Source: Candidatus Thalassarchaeaceae archaeon (lineage in GTDB: Archaea; Thermoplasmatota; Poseidoniia; Poseidoniales; Thalassarchaeaceae). From it: DNA of 59,201 nt. Made by a program: the position numbers and the translations under genes. Below are positions 26,067 to 35,075 of the stretch, one piece after another. Position 1 is the first letter of the stretch. Each line of letters begins with the position of its first letter. The stretch lies in NCBI GenBank assembly GCA_965660655.1, contig CBFIAW010000002.1, positions 1 through 59,201 on the forward strand, in the 5' to 3' direction. The notes below the pieces were generated by a model that was not told where the DNA came from, made no database searches, and was given only the letters and a program-made list of their open reading frames with translations.

Positions 26067-27920
26067 TCAGATTTCATCGGCACAGAAAGGGTAACTCTGT
26101 TGCATTGGAGGTAAAAACAGATCATCGCAAGTCCGAGTTACGGAAGATAGGCTGAGTACGCTCTCGGCCCCCATGCCTACTGAAACAGGCATCATCGAAA
26201 CCGGGCTGGGGATGTAGTCTTCGCCGGTCTGGGACAATATTATCTGAATTCCATCGCCTTCTGGTATGACGACATCCATTCCGAAGAACTCCATTTTGGC
26301 GAGTACGGTGGAACCCGGTGCTAGTGACTGTCCGTCCTTACCGCCTTCGTGGAACCTTAGGTCCATCACAGCATGTCCCAAATGCATTCCATTGCTGGAC
26401 TGGACCATCTCTACGAATAAGTGACCGCTTGTCGACAGCAAAGAAATTGTGGCCTCGATGTGGAAAGTTGGAGTTCCAACGATTCTTGTTTCTTGCTCGA
26501 ATTCTGGGCATTCCACAGTAAGTGTGGATGTGGCGGAAATAGTATCGCTTCCCCCAATTATTGTACAGACATCCATATCCAAATCAATCCAATATGCATC
26601 CTCTGGCGGATAGGAATCTTCAACTCTCCAACCACCTATGTTATCTTGAACTTCAGCTATCAGTCGGGGTTTTGGACCACTTTCCATTAGGTAGTAGTTG
26701 AACCACTCGAGTAGGTCGTCTGCCCAGTCCCATCTAAGTGTGTATGGGAATGCTTCTGCTCCTCTGCCGGGATCCAATCCTTCGTGGCCAGACCGCCGAT
26801 CCGGGTAGTCGTGACCCCATTGACCGTAGAGGCCCTTGACTTCGAATCCGGCACCCATCATCATGTTGTGAACAGGGAATGCCATGTGTGGGTCGACATT
26901 CCAATCTTGCAATCCATGGATGATGTATACGGAACCGTTGTAGTTCTGAATTGCTCTGGATAAGAAATGCCTCTCCTCCCAGTAATCGCTGCCAGTCCAT
27001 GCAAGATTGTCCCCCGTCAGATAGGCACCGACGCCCGCATAGTAACCCTCCATGTATCCTTCACAAGCATTCTGTGCGTCCTCTAGATTTCCATCTAAAC
27101 CAAAGCTGCCATACACGCCATTATGCATTATAGCACCCCTTGCCTCCATGCTGCCATTCCTCCACATTAGGTCGTGAACACCGATTAGGCCTGACATTGG
27201 GACAATCGTTCTGAGGTGTGATGAACCCATTGCGGCGGCCTCCCAAGGGGTTGAGCCGTCGTATGACTTACCAATGGCTCCGACATTTCCATTTGAGAAG
27301 GGTGCCTTTCCGAGATACTCAATTGCGGCATGAATTCCCAATTGTTCATCCAAACCCATCAAATCCATGCAGTGGTTTGATTCTCCTGTTCCAAAGACAC
27401 TGACTTGTGCGACCCCGAACCCATGGGGGACTAGATTCTCAATCAGAAATCTGCCAAGTCGGTCCGCTGGAGTCAGAGCATCAACATCCCCGTCATCGTA
27501 GTATGGTCCGATTTCAGTGATTATTGGGACTTGACATTCTTCAGGGACTTCTTCAGCGTCTAAATCGCAACCTTCGATTAGTGGTAGCCATAGTCCTAGG
27601 TGAACTTCTGCTCCGCCCGTGACTCCGGCTCCCCCGTCCAATGCAGTGATTTCTGGAACTGGAACAAAAATAGATCTTACAGAGTCTATATTGAATGAGC
27701 CGTTTAACGAAACTCTACTGAATACGTCATCATCTCGATAAGTCATTTCCGAACGATTCTCGACTTGAGGAAGCCAGTGATCCCCTTCTGATTCCTGGTG
27801 TTTCTCTCCACCCTCACTTAGGCATCCGGAAAGTGCGGGAGCCATCAATAACAGGGCGATTACTGAGATTTGGGGGTAGACACTTCGTCGCACTGTACAA
27901 TCGGCGGAGTTGGTCGGCAT
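26067..27920 (-). CDS. Secreted/lipid-anchored S15-family peptidase (X-Pro dipeptidyl-peptidase / CocE-NonD hydrolase)
   Basis: GAIGKSYDGSTPWEAAAMG (GxSYxG nucleophile elbow), GLQDWNV, and a PepX_C-like beta C-terminus. Lipobox-like signal IALLLMAPALSGC. Start at the MPTNSADC ATG (27920). Confidence 0.75.
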   Translation of the reverse strand: MPTNSADCTVRRSVYPQISVIALLLMAPALSGCLSEGGEKHQESEGDHWLPQVENRSEMTYRDDDVFSRVSLNGSFNIDSVRSIFVPVPEITALDGGAGVTGGAEVHLGLWLPLIEGCDLDAEEVPEECQVPIITEIGPYYDDGDVDALTPADRLGRFLIENLVPHGFGVAQVSVFGTGESNHCMDLMGLDEQLGIHAAIEYLGKAPFSNGNVGAIGKSYDGSTPWEAAAMGSSHLRTIVPMSGLIGVHDLMWRNGSMEARGAIMHNGVYGSFGLDGNLEDAQNACEGYMEGYYAGVGAYLTGDNLAWTGSDYWEERHFLSRAIQNYNGSVYIIHGLQDWNVDPHMAFPVHNMMMGAGFEVKGLYGQWGHDYPDRRSGHEGLDPGRGAEAFPYTLRWDWADDLLEWFNYYLMESGPKPRLIAEVQDNIGGWRVEDSYPPEDAYWIDLDMDVCTIIGGSDTISATSTLTVECPEFEQETRIVGTPTFHIEATISLLSTSGHLFVEMVQSSNGMHLGHAVMDLRFHEGGKDGQSLAPGSTVLAKMEFFGMDVVIPEGDGIQIILSQTGEDYIPSPVSMMPVSVGMGAESVLSLSSVTRTCDDLFLPPMQQSYPFCADEI

Positions 27921-27971
27921 CAATAGTTCGGGACTAGGGGCACAAGAATATCTTGCTCCCAAGGGGTCGTC

Positions 27972-28394
27972 CTAGTCCTTCAGCATCATCCTTAGTTCTT
28001 CGACTGAACGCTGTTCGTCGAAGTAAACCACTTCCAAGGAGTCATAGAGTTCAGTATCCCCAATTTCCTCGACTAATGGCAATATCTCACTATACGTCTC
28101 AACGGCCGTCTTTTCTGTTTCATACGCCTCAATCAGCATCTCCTTGTAATTTGATGTGTGGACAATTGGAGTAACATCGCGCTCTGTAATTGCGGTCCCA
28201 TCTAGTTTGACAATAGCGGAACGTACAGTAGCAGCATGTGTAACAGACTCGTTTACCTCGTTATTGAAATGTGCAATGAGGTGAAGCCTGTGGATCCCGG
28301 AAACATAAGCAGAGTAATGCGCATACAATGCTATGGCTCTAAGTTCCCATGCAAGTGCTCGGTTGAGTGCCTCTACGAGTTGCTGCTTCGGCAT
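27972..28394 (-). CDS. Ferritin-like / Dps-like di-iron protein
   Basis: Four-helix pattern with LNRALAWELRAIALYAHYS, HFNNEVNESVTHA, IEAYETEKTAVETY and FDEQRSVEEL (E..H / E...E ligand spacing). Confidence 0.65.
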   Translation of the reverse strand: MPKQQLVEALNRALAWELRAIALYAHYSAYVSGIHRLHLIAHFNNEVNESVTHAATVRSAIVKLDGTAITERDVTPIVHTSNYKEMLIEAYETEKTAVETYSEILPLVEEIGDTELYDSLEVVYFDEQRSVEELRMMLKD

Positions 28395-28502
28395 ACGTGT
28401 TACCTCGTTACTTGAATGATGGCGAGTCATATCAACACTCGTTTTGCATTCCAGTTCGGCTTCGGCCGGAACATATGTGTCTTAGCCCTCTTTGGGGGGG
28501 TC

Positions 28503-29965
28503 GTGGGTGCATACGGAGAACTGCTGGAGAAACTGAAAGATATTGACTTGATTCAGCAGATTGGGAGCCTGATAAGTTGGGATCAGGAGGTCCTGATGCC
28601 TCCCAAGGCTGCACCAATCAGAGCAGAGCAGCTTGCATGGATCTCTAAGACTGCTCATGAGAGGCTAACTGATTCAGAGATTGGGTCTTTGTTGGAGCAA
28701 AATGAGTCAAATGACGACCTAGATGAGGTGCGGAAAGCAAACATAAGACTCGCGAGGGAGTCTTACGACAGAGCAACCAAGTTGCCAACGGAATTCGTTG
28801 AAGAGATGGCGAAACACAGGTCGAAAGCACTTGTATCTTGGACGGAGGCTCGTGAAAAGGATGATTTCTCAATATTTCGAGATGACCTAGCCATAGCTAT
28901 CGAGCATTCTAGAATGAAGGCGGATTTCTTCGGTTATGAGAATTTGAGATATGATGCACTACTCGATTTGTATGAGAGTGGGCTTACCGTAGAGAGGCTG
29001 GATCCGCTTTTTTCGGGCCTTAGGGACCATGTTGCCCCTCTCATCAAAGCAGTAGTTGACGGCGGGAATAGCCAGCACAAGAAGAGTTGAGCCAGAGGGT
29101 TTCAGAGGCCATTGGTTTCGACTTCTCAGCAGGCAGGAGAGATTTGTCGACCCACCCTTTCTGTGGCGGACCAAATCCAGATGACGTCAGATGGACGACT
29201 CGGTATAGGGAGGACGAGCCTTTCGGATCTCTATTTGGTTCGATGCATGAAACAGGGCACGGTACGTACGAACAAGGGCGTCCCCGGGACTTCGATTTCC
29301 AGCCAGCCGGGAAGGCAAATGGACTGGGAGTGCATGAGAGTCAGAGTCGCCTCTGGGAGAACCAAGTGGGCAGATCTAGAGAGTTCTGTGAGTGGTCCCT
29401 ACCTTTGTGGAAGCAATGCTTCCCGGGGAACATGGAGGATGTTGGCGCTGAGCAATTGTGGCAAGCAGTGAACTTGGTAGAGCCAGGGCTAATTCGGGTG
29501 GATGCTGATGAGGCGACTTACAACTTGCACATAATGATTAGATACGAAATTGAAAAACAACTAATCTCGGGTGACATCGAAGTTGACGAGTTGCCCGATG
29601 CATGGGATGAGATGTATCAGGAATATCTCGGAATAAGTGCGCCGAACCGCTCTCTTGGAGTTCTGCAGGACGTTCATTGGTCAATGGGTGCAATTGGTTA
29701 CTTTCCCACTTACACACTAGGTAACCTATACGCTGCTCAACTACTAGAGGCCGCGAGGAGGGATATCCCCAAGCACGATGATCAGATTCGAGATGGAGAG
29801 TTTTCACATCTTCTGAGTTGGATGAGGGAAAATGTTCACAGCAGAGGGAGTGTGCTAGAACCGGCAGACCTGATTGAAGAGGCTACAGGATCCGCTCCAT
29901 CTCCGGATGCTTTCGTTAGGTATCTGAGTTCGAAGGTCGAAAGGCTGTATGGGGTTAGTGCTTGA
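28503..29965 (+). pseudogene. Carboxypeptidase Taq (peptidase M32), interrupted by a frameshift near 29070-29090
   Basis: The N-half is in frame 0 (YGELLEKLKDIDLI...ISWDQEVLMPPKAAP...) and ends at the TGA at 29088-29090. The C-half is in the frame 1 nt behind (…QEELSQRVSEAIGFDF..GRRDLSTHPFCGG..DVRWTTRYRE...HETGHGTYEQG...IRVDADEATYNLHIMIRYEIE...LQDVHWS.GAIGYFPTYTLG). Together the halves form one M32 enzyme. A possible GTG start lies at 28503 (the ORF opens at 28416). Confidence 0.75.
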
Positions 29966-31073
29966 GAGTCGAGCGAGGTGCTCCGTGGCTGTAGCAAGTC
30001 TGGAGAGTTATTCCTCCTTTGTGAGGGAGGTTGATGACGAATGCGCCTTTGTGAGAGCTTCAGGTGATTTTCTTTTCTCGGGCTCCAGGTCTGGTGAAGT
30101 GGCATGTTGGAATATTTCCAGTGGTGCGGAGATATGGAGGATGATTTTTGACGGACCGTGCTCCGATTCAGATTGCAATGAAGAAATTCTTTTCTTTTGT
30201 GAGTCTGGTAGCATTCATGCCATTAGAATTAGTTCGGGCGAGGTGATCTGGAGTGTCAGATTGGAAGGATCTAGTGACTTTGTACGTGTTTCAAATGGAT
30301 TTGTGTGGGTAACAACTTCTGTCTACAACTTTGAGATACAAGACTACTCCGAAGGGGCCGTCTGGCAAATCGATTTTGGTGGAGATGTTAGGAACAGGTT
30401 TGAGACCGTTGGTAGGGCTTGGTCTCTATCGGCTCAGGAAAGTCAAGTAGTGATGGGGCTAAGTCGGCCCAGATGTGGTTATGCAATTGTTACTGAAGAG
30501 GATGGTATTGAATATCTGGAGTTGGAAGAACAGCACCCGGTGACAATCGGAAACGAGGGGGGGGATTGTCCCGTAGTGCTAGGACATAGCAATGGAATGG
30601 TCACCGAGATTGTTGGTCATAAAGTGGGGACTACTGCTCATGGAGAGTCGTCGGTTCGTGCAATTGACCACTCTGATGGGTGGGTGGTTGGGTTAGATTC
30701 AGGCTTTGTTTCCTCAAGCGAATTTTTCGGATCTTGGTCGGTTAATCTACATGGTGTAATCGATATTGTTCGTTTCGGGCCTTCATTGGGTGATGAGAAG
30801 GGAGTTTGGGCCTCTTCATGGGAAAAAGAATCCAAGATTTTTCTAATTGATTCTTCGGATGGAAGTGTGGAATTGGAGATTTCACACCATTCTAGAATTG
30901 GGTGTTCTTTCAGTATTGGAAATACAATTTGCTTCGGTGATTCTTCTGGCTGCGTCTATGTAGTTGAGGAGGATGTGCTCCGGCGTCGGTTCTCTCTTCC
31001 AGCGGAAGAAATATCGGAGGAAGACCGAAATTCAGAGATGCGGAGGAAAATACGCGGACTGCGAGGAGGGTGA
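29949..31073 (+). CDS. PQQ-like/WD40-like beta-propeller repeat protein, no signal peptide
   Basis: Repeated blades GEVACWNISSGAEIWRM, GSIHAIRISSGEVIWSV, GAVWQIDFGG, NGMVTEIVG and SGCVYVVEED. The tail is basic (RRKIRGLRGG). Confidence 0.6.
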   Translation: MGLVLESRARCSVAVASLESYSSFVREVDDECAFVRASGDFLFSGSRSGEVACWNISSGAEIWRMIFDGPCSDSDCNEEILFFCESGSIHAIRISSGEVIWSVRLEGSSDFVRVSNGFVWVTTSVYNFEIQDYSEGAVWQIDFGGDVRNRFETVGRAWSLSAQESQVVMGLSRPRCGYAIVTEEDGIEYLELEEQHPVTIGNEGGDCPVVLGHSNGMVTEIVGHKVGTTAHGESSVRAIDHSDGWVVGLDSGFVSSSEFFGSWSVNLHGVIDIVRFGPSLGDEKGVWASSWEKESKIFLIDSSDGSVELEISHHSRIGCSFSIGNTICFGDSSGCVYVVEEDVLRRRFSLPAEEISEEDRNSEMRRKIRGLRGG

Positions 31074-31189
31074 TTTGCAGTGGAAAAACACTTCCAAAGA
31101 CCCTTATTTCCAGTGAACTGCGACAATATTTGCGAAACGTTTATGAGCCATCCATTACCCTGTGTTTCTTGCCGCTCCGGGGGAGTGGT

Positions 31190-31770
31190 GTGAGGGCGCT
31201 TCGGCGCGACTCGCGGGCCACAAAAACCGAGCCTCGAAACCGAGGCGGTAGAACCGAGAAACGAAAGGATCTCGGGGAAAGACTGGAGCGAATGTGAACG
31301 CGAAGGTCGCGGCGAATAAATCGGACGAACTGGAGGAAACGAAGGGGAGAGCGAGATAGGAGCTGAAGAGATACATGTGCGTAGGGGGAAGAGAATAATC
31401 CTGGGTCACATAGGTGGGGAACGAAGTGGAGAAAACCGGAGGAAACGAAGGGGAAGGAAACCGAGGGAAACATCAGGCAACAAGGGCGGGGAGACCCGTG
31501 GAGAAGCTAGTATCGAGACGTGGAAGGGAAAGCGGAGACGAAATACCAGAAGCGGATGCGGCGATTAGGAGGGAGATCTCTTGAAAGTCGGAAAATGGCA
31601 AAGGAAGAGCATGAAGTTCCGGAGTCGTCTACCCGGGGAAACCTGGGCCTTCGGGCCCAGGTGACACCCGGACCCTGCGGAGTTAACAGGGGGGGAAGCT
31701 CCCCCATGTGCGGAACCCCCTGTTGCTCCCACCTGATTCGGCCCCCATTCTTCTTCTGAGCCGAAACGTA
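31190..31770 (+). ncRNA. Candidate large structured non-coding RNA of unassigned family (boundaries approximate)
   Basis: No credible ORF in a 710-bp convergent spacer. C(UUCG)G hairpins at 31196-31207 and 31642-31661 (the latter nested inside CCGGG 31633-31637 / CCCGG 31667-31671). Hairpins at 31231-31246 (GCCUCG-AAAC-CGAGGC) and 31299-31311. A 9-bp helix pairs 31685-31693 with 31716-31724. The UUCG orientation favours the + strand. Confidence 0.3.
31332..31454 (+). repeat. Exact 17-nt direct repeat GGAGGAAACGAAGGGGA (31332-31348 and 31438-31454) within a field of degenerate GAAAC(C)GA(A/G)GG purine motifs
   Basis: Read directly from the sequence. Related copies occur at about 31236 (GAAACCGAGG), 31258 (GAAACGAAAGG), 31418 (GGAACGAAGTGG) and 31457 (GGAAACCGAGGG). 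Confidence 0.7.
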
Positions 31771-31783
31771 GTCGTGCTGACTT

Positions 31784-33385
31784 CTATGAATTCGGGCCTG
31801 TCATTTCCTTAGGTTTTACCCAGTCTGTGAACTGATCATCGTTGAGTAACTCGAGTTCGAGAGCACTCTCCCTTAAGGTCAGACCTTTCTCGAGGGCGTT
31901 CTTTGCAATCTTAGCAGCATTGTCATACCCTATGTGTGGGTTTAGTGCGGTCACTAACATTAATGAGTTCTCCAAATGGTCAGATATTTTCTCTTCGTTC
32001 GCTTTCACACCGATAACACACTTGTCGGAGAAGGTTACGCAAGTGTCGGAAAGTAGCCTTATGCTGTGCAAGAGATTGTGAATCATCATTGGCTTGAATA
32101 CATTCAACTCGAAGTTCCCCTGACTTCCACCTATAGAAATTGCAGTGTGATTACCCATTACCTGGCAGCAAACCATTGTCATCGCTTCTGATTGGGTTGG
32201 ATTCACCTTTCCAGGCATGATACTTGATCCTGGCTCATTAGCTGGAAGAGCGAGTTCTCCAAGTCCGCACCTGGGCCCAGAACCTAGCCATCGAATATCA
32301 TTGGCGATTTTCATGAGAGATGCTGAGAGGGTGTTGAGTGCCCCTGAGGCAGCGACTATGGCATCGTGTGCAGCGAGTTGGGCAAACTTGTTTTCTGCAC
32401 TAATGAAAGGAAGGCCAGTCTTCTCGGCTATCTTCTTGGAGACCAAGTCTGCGAAGTCGGGATGGGTGTTCAGCCCAGTACCAACGGCAGTTCCACCTAA
32501 TGCGAGTTCAAGTAGGTCATTCAGTGCTGTTTGGATTCTAATTAGGCCAGCATCCAACATCGAAACATATGCTCCGAACTCTTGTCCTAGAGTTAGCGGG
32601 ACGGCATCCATCAGATGAGTTCGTCCGATCTTGACGATATGCACGAACTCATCTGCCTTTTCGGCCAGAGAAGTTCGAAGTTTCTGCACAGATGGGATGA
32701 GTCGGTGCTGGATCTCCTCTGCTGCAGCGATATGCATTGCAGTGGGGAATGTGTCATTGCTCGACTGGGCACGATTAACGTGGTCATTCGGGTGGACGGG
32801 GGATTTGGTTCCCAGTTTCCCTCCTGAAGACTCTATGGATCTATTTGCAATTACCTCATTTGCATTCATGTTAGTCTGAGTTCCCGAACCAGTCTGCCAA
32901 ATCCTGAGTGGGAAATGGTCGTCAAGAGATCCAGAAATTACCTCTTCGCATGCCTCCGAAATGAGGGTTCCAACATCCTCGTCGAGAGTTCCCAGAAATA
33001 CGTTTGTCTCGGCGGCTGCCTGCTTAAGAATTCCAAACGCTCTGATGACTGAGCGGGGCATCTGGTCTTCACCAATATCGAAGTTGATTAGCGACCTAGC
33101 AGTTTGTGCACCAAAATATCTGTCTGCTGGCACCTCAATTTCTCCCATGGTGTCTAGCTCAATCCTAACCTTCCCACGGACACCCTTGGGAGACCTTGAA
33201 ACGGATGATTTGGCAGTGATCTGATGGGCATTGCCCCCGGTGAGTGAAGTCTCAATCATCTTGGAGATAGTTGCCGATCTGCCCTTCTCACGACCCTGCC
33301 CAACCCGCGCATCCAATCTTCTAGCCAAATCCTCAGGAATGCTAACAGTGATTATTCTACGATCGCCGACTCTATGCTTTGCCAT
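31784..33385 (-). CDS. fumC: Class II fumarate hydratase with an in-frame N-terminal ribbon-helix-helix (CopG/Arc-like) extension
   Basis: The core from residue ~73 reads [23 protein letters not shown]..., with [17 protein letters not shown] (the class II signature). Residues 9-48, [40 protein letters not shown], fit the RHH strand-helix-helix pattern. No stop codon lies between the two parts. Confidence 0.9.
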   Translation of the reverse strand: MAKHRVGDRRIITVSIPEDLARRLDARVGQGREKGRSATISKMIETSLTGGNAHQITAKSSVSRSPKGVRGKVRIELDTMGEIEVPADRYFGAQTARSLINFDIGEDQMPRSVIRAFGILKQAAAETNVFLGTLDEDVGTLISEACEEVISGSLDDHFPLRIWQTGSGTQTNMNANEVIANRSIESSGGKLGTKSPVHPNDHVNRAQSSNDTFPTAMHIAAAEEIQHRLIPSVQKLRTSLAEKADEFVHIVKIGRTHLMDAVPLTLGQEFGAYVSMLDAGLIRIQTALNDLLELALGGTAVGTGLNTHPDFADLVSKKIAEKTGLPFISAENKFAQLAAHDAIVAASGALNTLSASLMKIANDIRWLGSGPRCGLGELALPANEPGSSIMPGKVNPTQSEAMTMVCCQVMGNHTAISIGGSQGNFELNVFKPMMIHNLLHSIRLLSDTCVTFSDKCVIGVKANEEKISDHLENSLMLVTALNPHIGYDNAAKIAKNALEKGLTLRESALELELLNDDQFTDWVKPKEMTGPNS

Positions 33386-33390
33386 GTTGT

Positions 33391-33420
33391 CTCTATTAAT
33401 AACTTATTAATAAATTTATT
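33391..33420 (-). promoter_or_regulatory. AT-rich TATA-box-like element upstream of the RHH-fumC start
   Basis: The minus strand reads ...gaataaatttattaataagttattaatagagacaacATG. It is the only strongly AT-rich stretch in the 46-bp gap between the cyclophilin stop and the fumC ATG. The spacing is consistent with a short-leader or leaderless mRNA. Confidence 0.35.
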
Positions 33421-33431
33421 CTTCCTTGGTT

Positions 33432-33941
33432 TCAGGCTCGTTCTACCTTGATAATCCTCTGAGGTGAAGACGGCCTGTCACCAGGAAGTGTCTCTGTAGA
33501 TTCGATCGCCCTAACCACTTCCATTCCCTTGGCGACCTCTCCGAATACTGCATGTCTACCGTCGAGCCATGGAGTGACTACGGTAGTGAGGAAGAATTGT
33601 GACCCCCCTGTGTTTGGACCTGAATTTGCCATTGAGAAGATGCCTGGCTTGTCATGCTTCTTTCCCAATGCTGAAGGCTCGCAGGGAATTTTCCAACCCG
33701 GGCCCCCAGTCCCAGCCCTTCCATTGTTTGCATCACTGGAGTGAGGGCATCCCCCTTGGATCATGAAATCCTTGATGACACGGTGAAAGTGTAATCCGTC
33801 ATAGAATCCGTCGTCCACCAATTTTAGAAAATTCCCAGTTGTCTCTGGGCATTCATCAGTATACAGCTCTATGTCAATTTCTCCAGCGCTTGTAGTCATC
33901 CGCACGTAGGTCATATTGTGTTTCGGCAGTTCCAAGTTCAA
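33432..33941 (-). CDS. ppiB: Peptidyl-prolyl cis-trans isomerase, cyclophilin type
   Basis: FHRVIKDFMIQGG, GTGGPGW, SMANSGPNTGGSQFF, LDGRHAVFG. Confidence 0.9.
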   Translation of the reverse strand: MNLELPKHNMTYVRMTTSAGEIDIELYTDECPETTGNFLKLVDDGFYDGLHFHRVIKDFMIQGGCPHSSDANNGRAGTGGPGWKIPCEPSALGKKHDKPGIFSMANSGPNTGGSQFFLTTVVTPWLDGRHAVFGEVAKGMEVVRAIESTETLPGDRPSSPQRIIKVERA

Positions 33942-33959
33942 TATGGTATGGTTGCTGGC

Positions 33960-34358
33960 CTATGCTACCGTTGACCCTGGGGGCGTTCCCTCTGGAATCT
34001 CTAGAAGCTTCACGGTTCCGTCTGCATCGAGGGCTCCAAGGATTAGAAATTGGGAAACAAACCCGGTCGGAAGTGTCTTTTCTCCAAGATTTATCGCGGC
34101 GACTACCGATCTGCCGATTAGCTGAGATCGAGAATAGTTGGTGATTTGCGCAGAGCTCCATAGTTTTCCGACCACGGGTCCGAAATCCACTCTAATCTTG
34201 TAAGACGGCTTTCTCATCTCCGGGAACTCTTGAACATCATCGATAACTCCAGTCCTCATATCTATGGAGAAGAACTCCCCTATCCCGATGTACTCCTTTC
34301 GATCTAGCTTGGAGGGATGATAGGGTAGGCTCTCTGGATCAATCTCATGCTGCCCCAT
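33960..34358 (-). CDS. csaA: tRNA-binding domain protein (CsaA/Trbp111-like)
   Basis: FFSIDMRTGVIDDVQEFPEMRKPSYKIRVDFG...SSAQITNYS...LIGRSVVAAINL...SQFLILGA is collinear with B. subtilis CsaA. The ATG at 34358 lies just after the pyrE stop. Confidence 0.8.
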   Translation of the reverse strand: MGQHEIDPESLPYHPSKLDRKEYIGIGEFFSIDMRTGVIDDVQEFPEMRKPSYKIRVDFGPVVGKLWSSAQITNYSRSQLIGRSVVAAINLGEKTLPTGFVSQFLILGALDADGTVKLLEIPEGTPPGSTVA

Positions 34359-34362
34359 TTCT

Positions 34363-34947
34363 TCAACTCGCAATTTCTGACTTGAGAGTAAGTGGGATGA
34401 GGGGGATTCCTGCTTCTTGAAATGCTTCCAAGCCCCCTTCCTGCCTATCCAATATGGTGATGCAGGATGCCACATCACATCCCATCTCCATTAGCCTCTG
34501 CGCTGCCTTCAATGCGGAACCCCCAGTAGTGGTCACATCTTCCAAGAGTACTATTCTGTGGCCCCCCTCAAGACTTGAGCCCTCTATTCCGGGTGGGTTT
34601 CCTGTCTTCCTTCCACCTCTTCCCTTGGGTTCCTTCCTAACTATGAATCCCTTGAGTGAGGAGCCTCGTCCAGCCTTTGCAATTGCAATTCCAGTGAGGG
34701 GGACGGCTCCCAGTTCGAGCCCCCCTACAGCATCTACTTGGCCGATTGTCTCAATTTGGTGATGAATAAGCACCCCCAAAAGATGTGCACATTCGGGATC
34801 CATCATCACTGGTTTCATGTCGAAGAAGTGCTTGCTCTTCCTTCCACTAGCTAGGATAAAATCTTCTTTTTCTGAGTAAAGATAAGCCAATTCGCGAATC
34901 CGCACAATCAGAATTTCTCTTGCTTGCTCCACCGTAGTTGATGCCAT
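34363..34947 (-). CDS. pyrE: Orotate phosphoribosyltransferase
   Basis: SGRKSKHFFDMK and the PRPP-binding motif IVLLEDVTTTGGSALKA. Confidence 0.85.
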   Translation of the reverse strand: MASTTVEQAREILIVRIRELAYLYSEKEDFILASGRKSKHFFDMKPVMMDPECAHLLGVLIHHQIETIGQVDAVGGLELGAVPLTGIAIAKAGRGSSLKGFIVRKEPKGRGGRKTGNPPGIEGSSLEGGHRIVLLEDVTTTGGSALKAAQRLMEMGCDVASCITILDRQEGGLEAFQEAGIPLIPLTLKSEIAS

Positions 34948-35075
34948 TCTACCTGTTCTGGCCTAGACGAAATGGCATGAAGGTTGCCTTTGTTGGGATG
35001 GATATAGCCCGAGATGACGGTCAATGTTCTTGGACGGCCTTGTCCGAGTACGGAGTGCTGTAGCGAGGAAGCGCC

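Noticed and set aside
29070-29090. Programmed -1 ribosomal frameshift in the M32 peptidase
   Set aside because: There is no slippery X XXY YYZ heptamer and no obvious downstream stimulatory structure. An indel or pseudogene is the simpler explanation.
31377-31568. A 63-aa extremely basic ORF (RRGKR...RRKRRGRKPRE...GKRRRNTRSG) and its neighbours 31070-31297 and 31520-31759 inside the purine-rich spacer
   Set aside because: The Arg/Lys/Gly/Glu composition is what any frame of a G/A-rich tract yields. It uses a GTG start with no convincing RBS, and multiple frames are equally open. I treat it as a by-product of the nucleotide bias. 31070-31297 has a more protein-like first 30 aa and would deserve a coding-potential test.
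31600-31745. Possible SRP RNA, 5S rRNA or RNase P RNA
   Set aside because: Only fragments match. GGGAGCAAC occurs on the minus strand but without the adjacent GNAR tetraloop and AGG strand of SRP helix 8. ACACCCGGACCC...AGUUAA resembles 5S loop B/C, but the intervening CCGAAC..GGA segment is missing. GAAAGUC at 31583 lacks the rest of CR-I (AGGAAAGUCC), and there is no ACAGAA...GGCUUA partner. None of these is sufficient for assignment.
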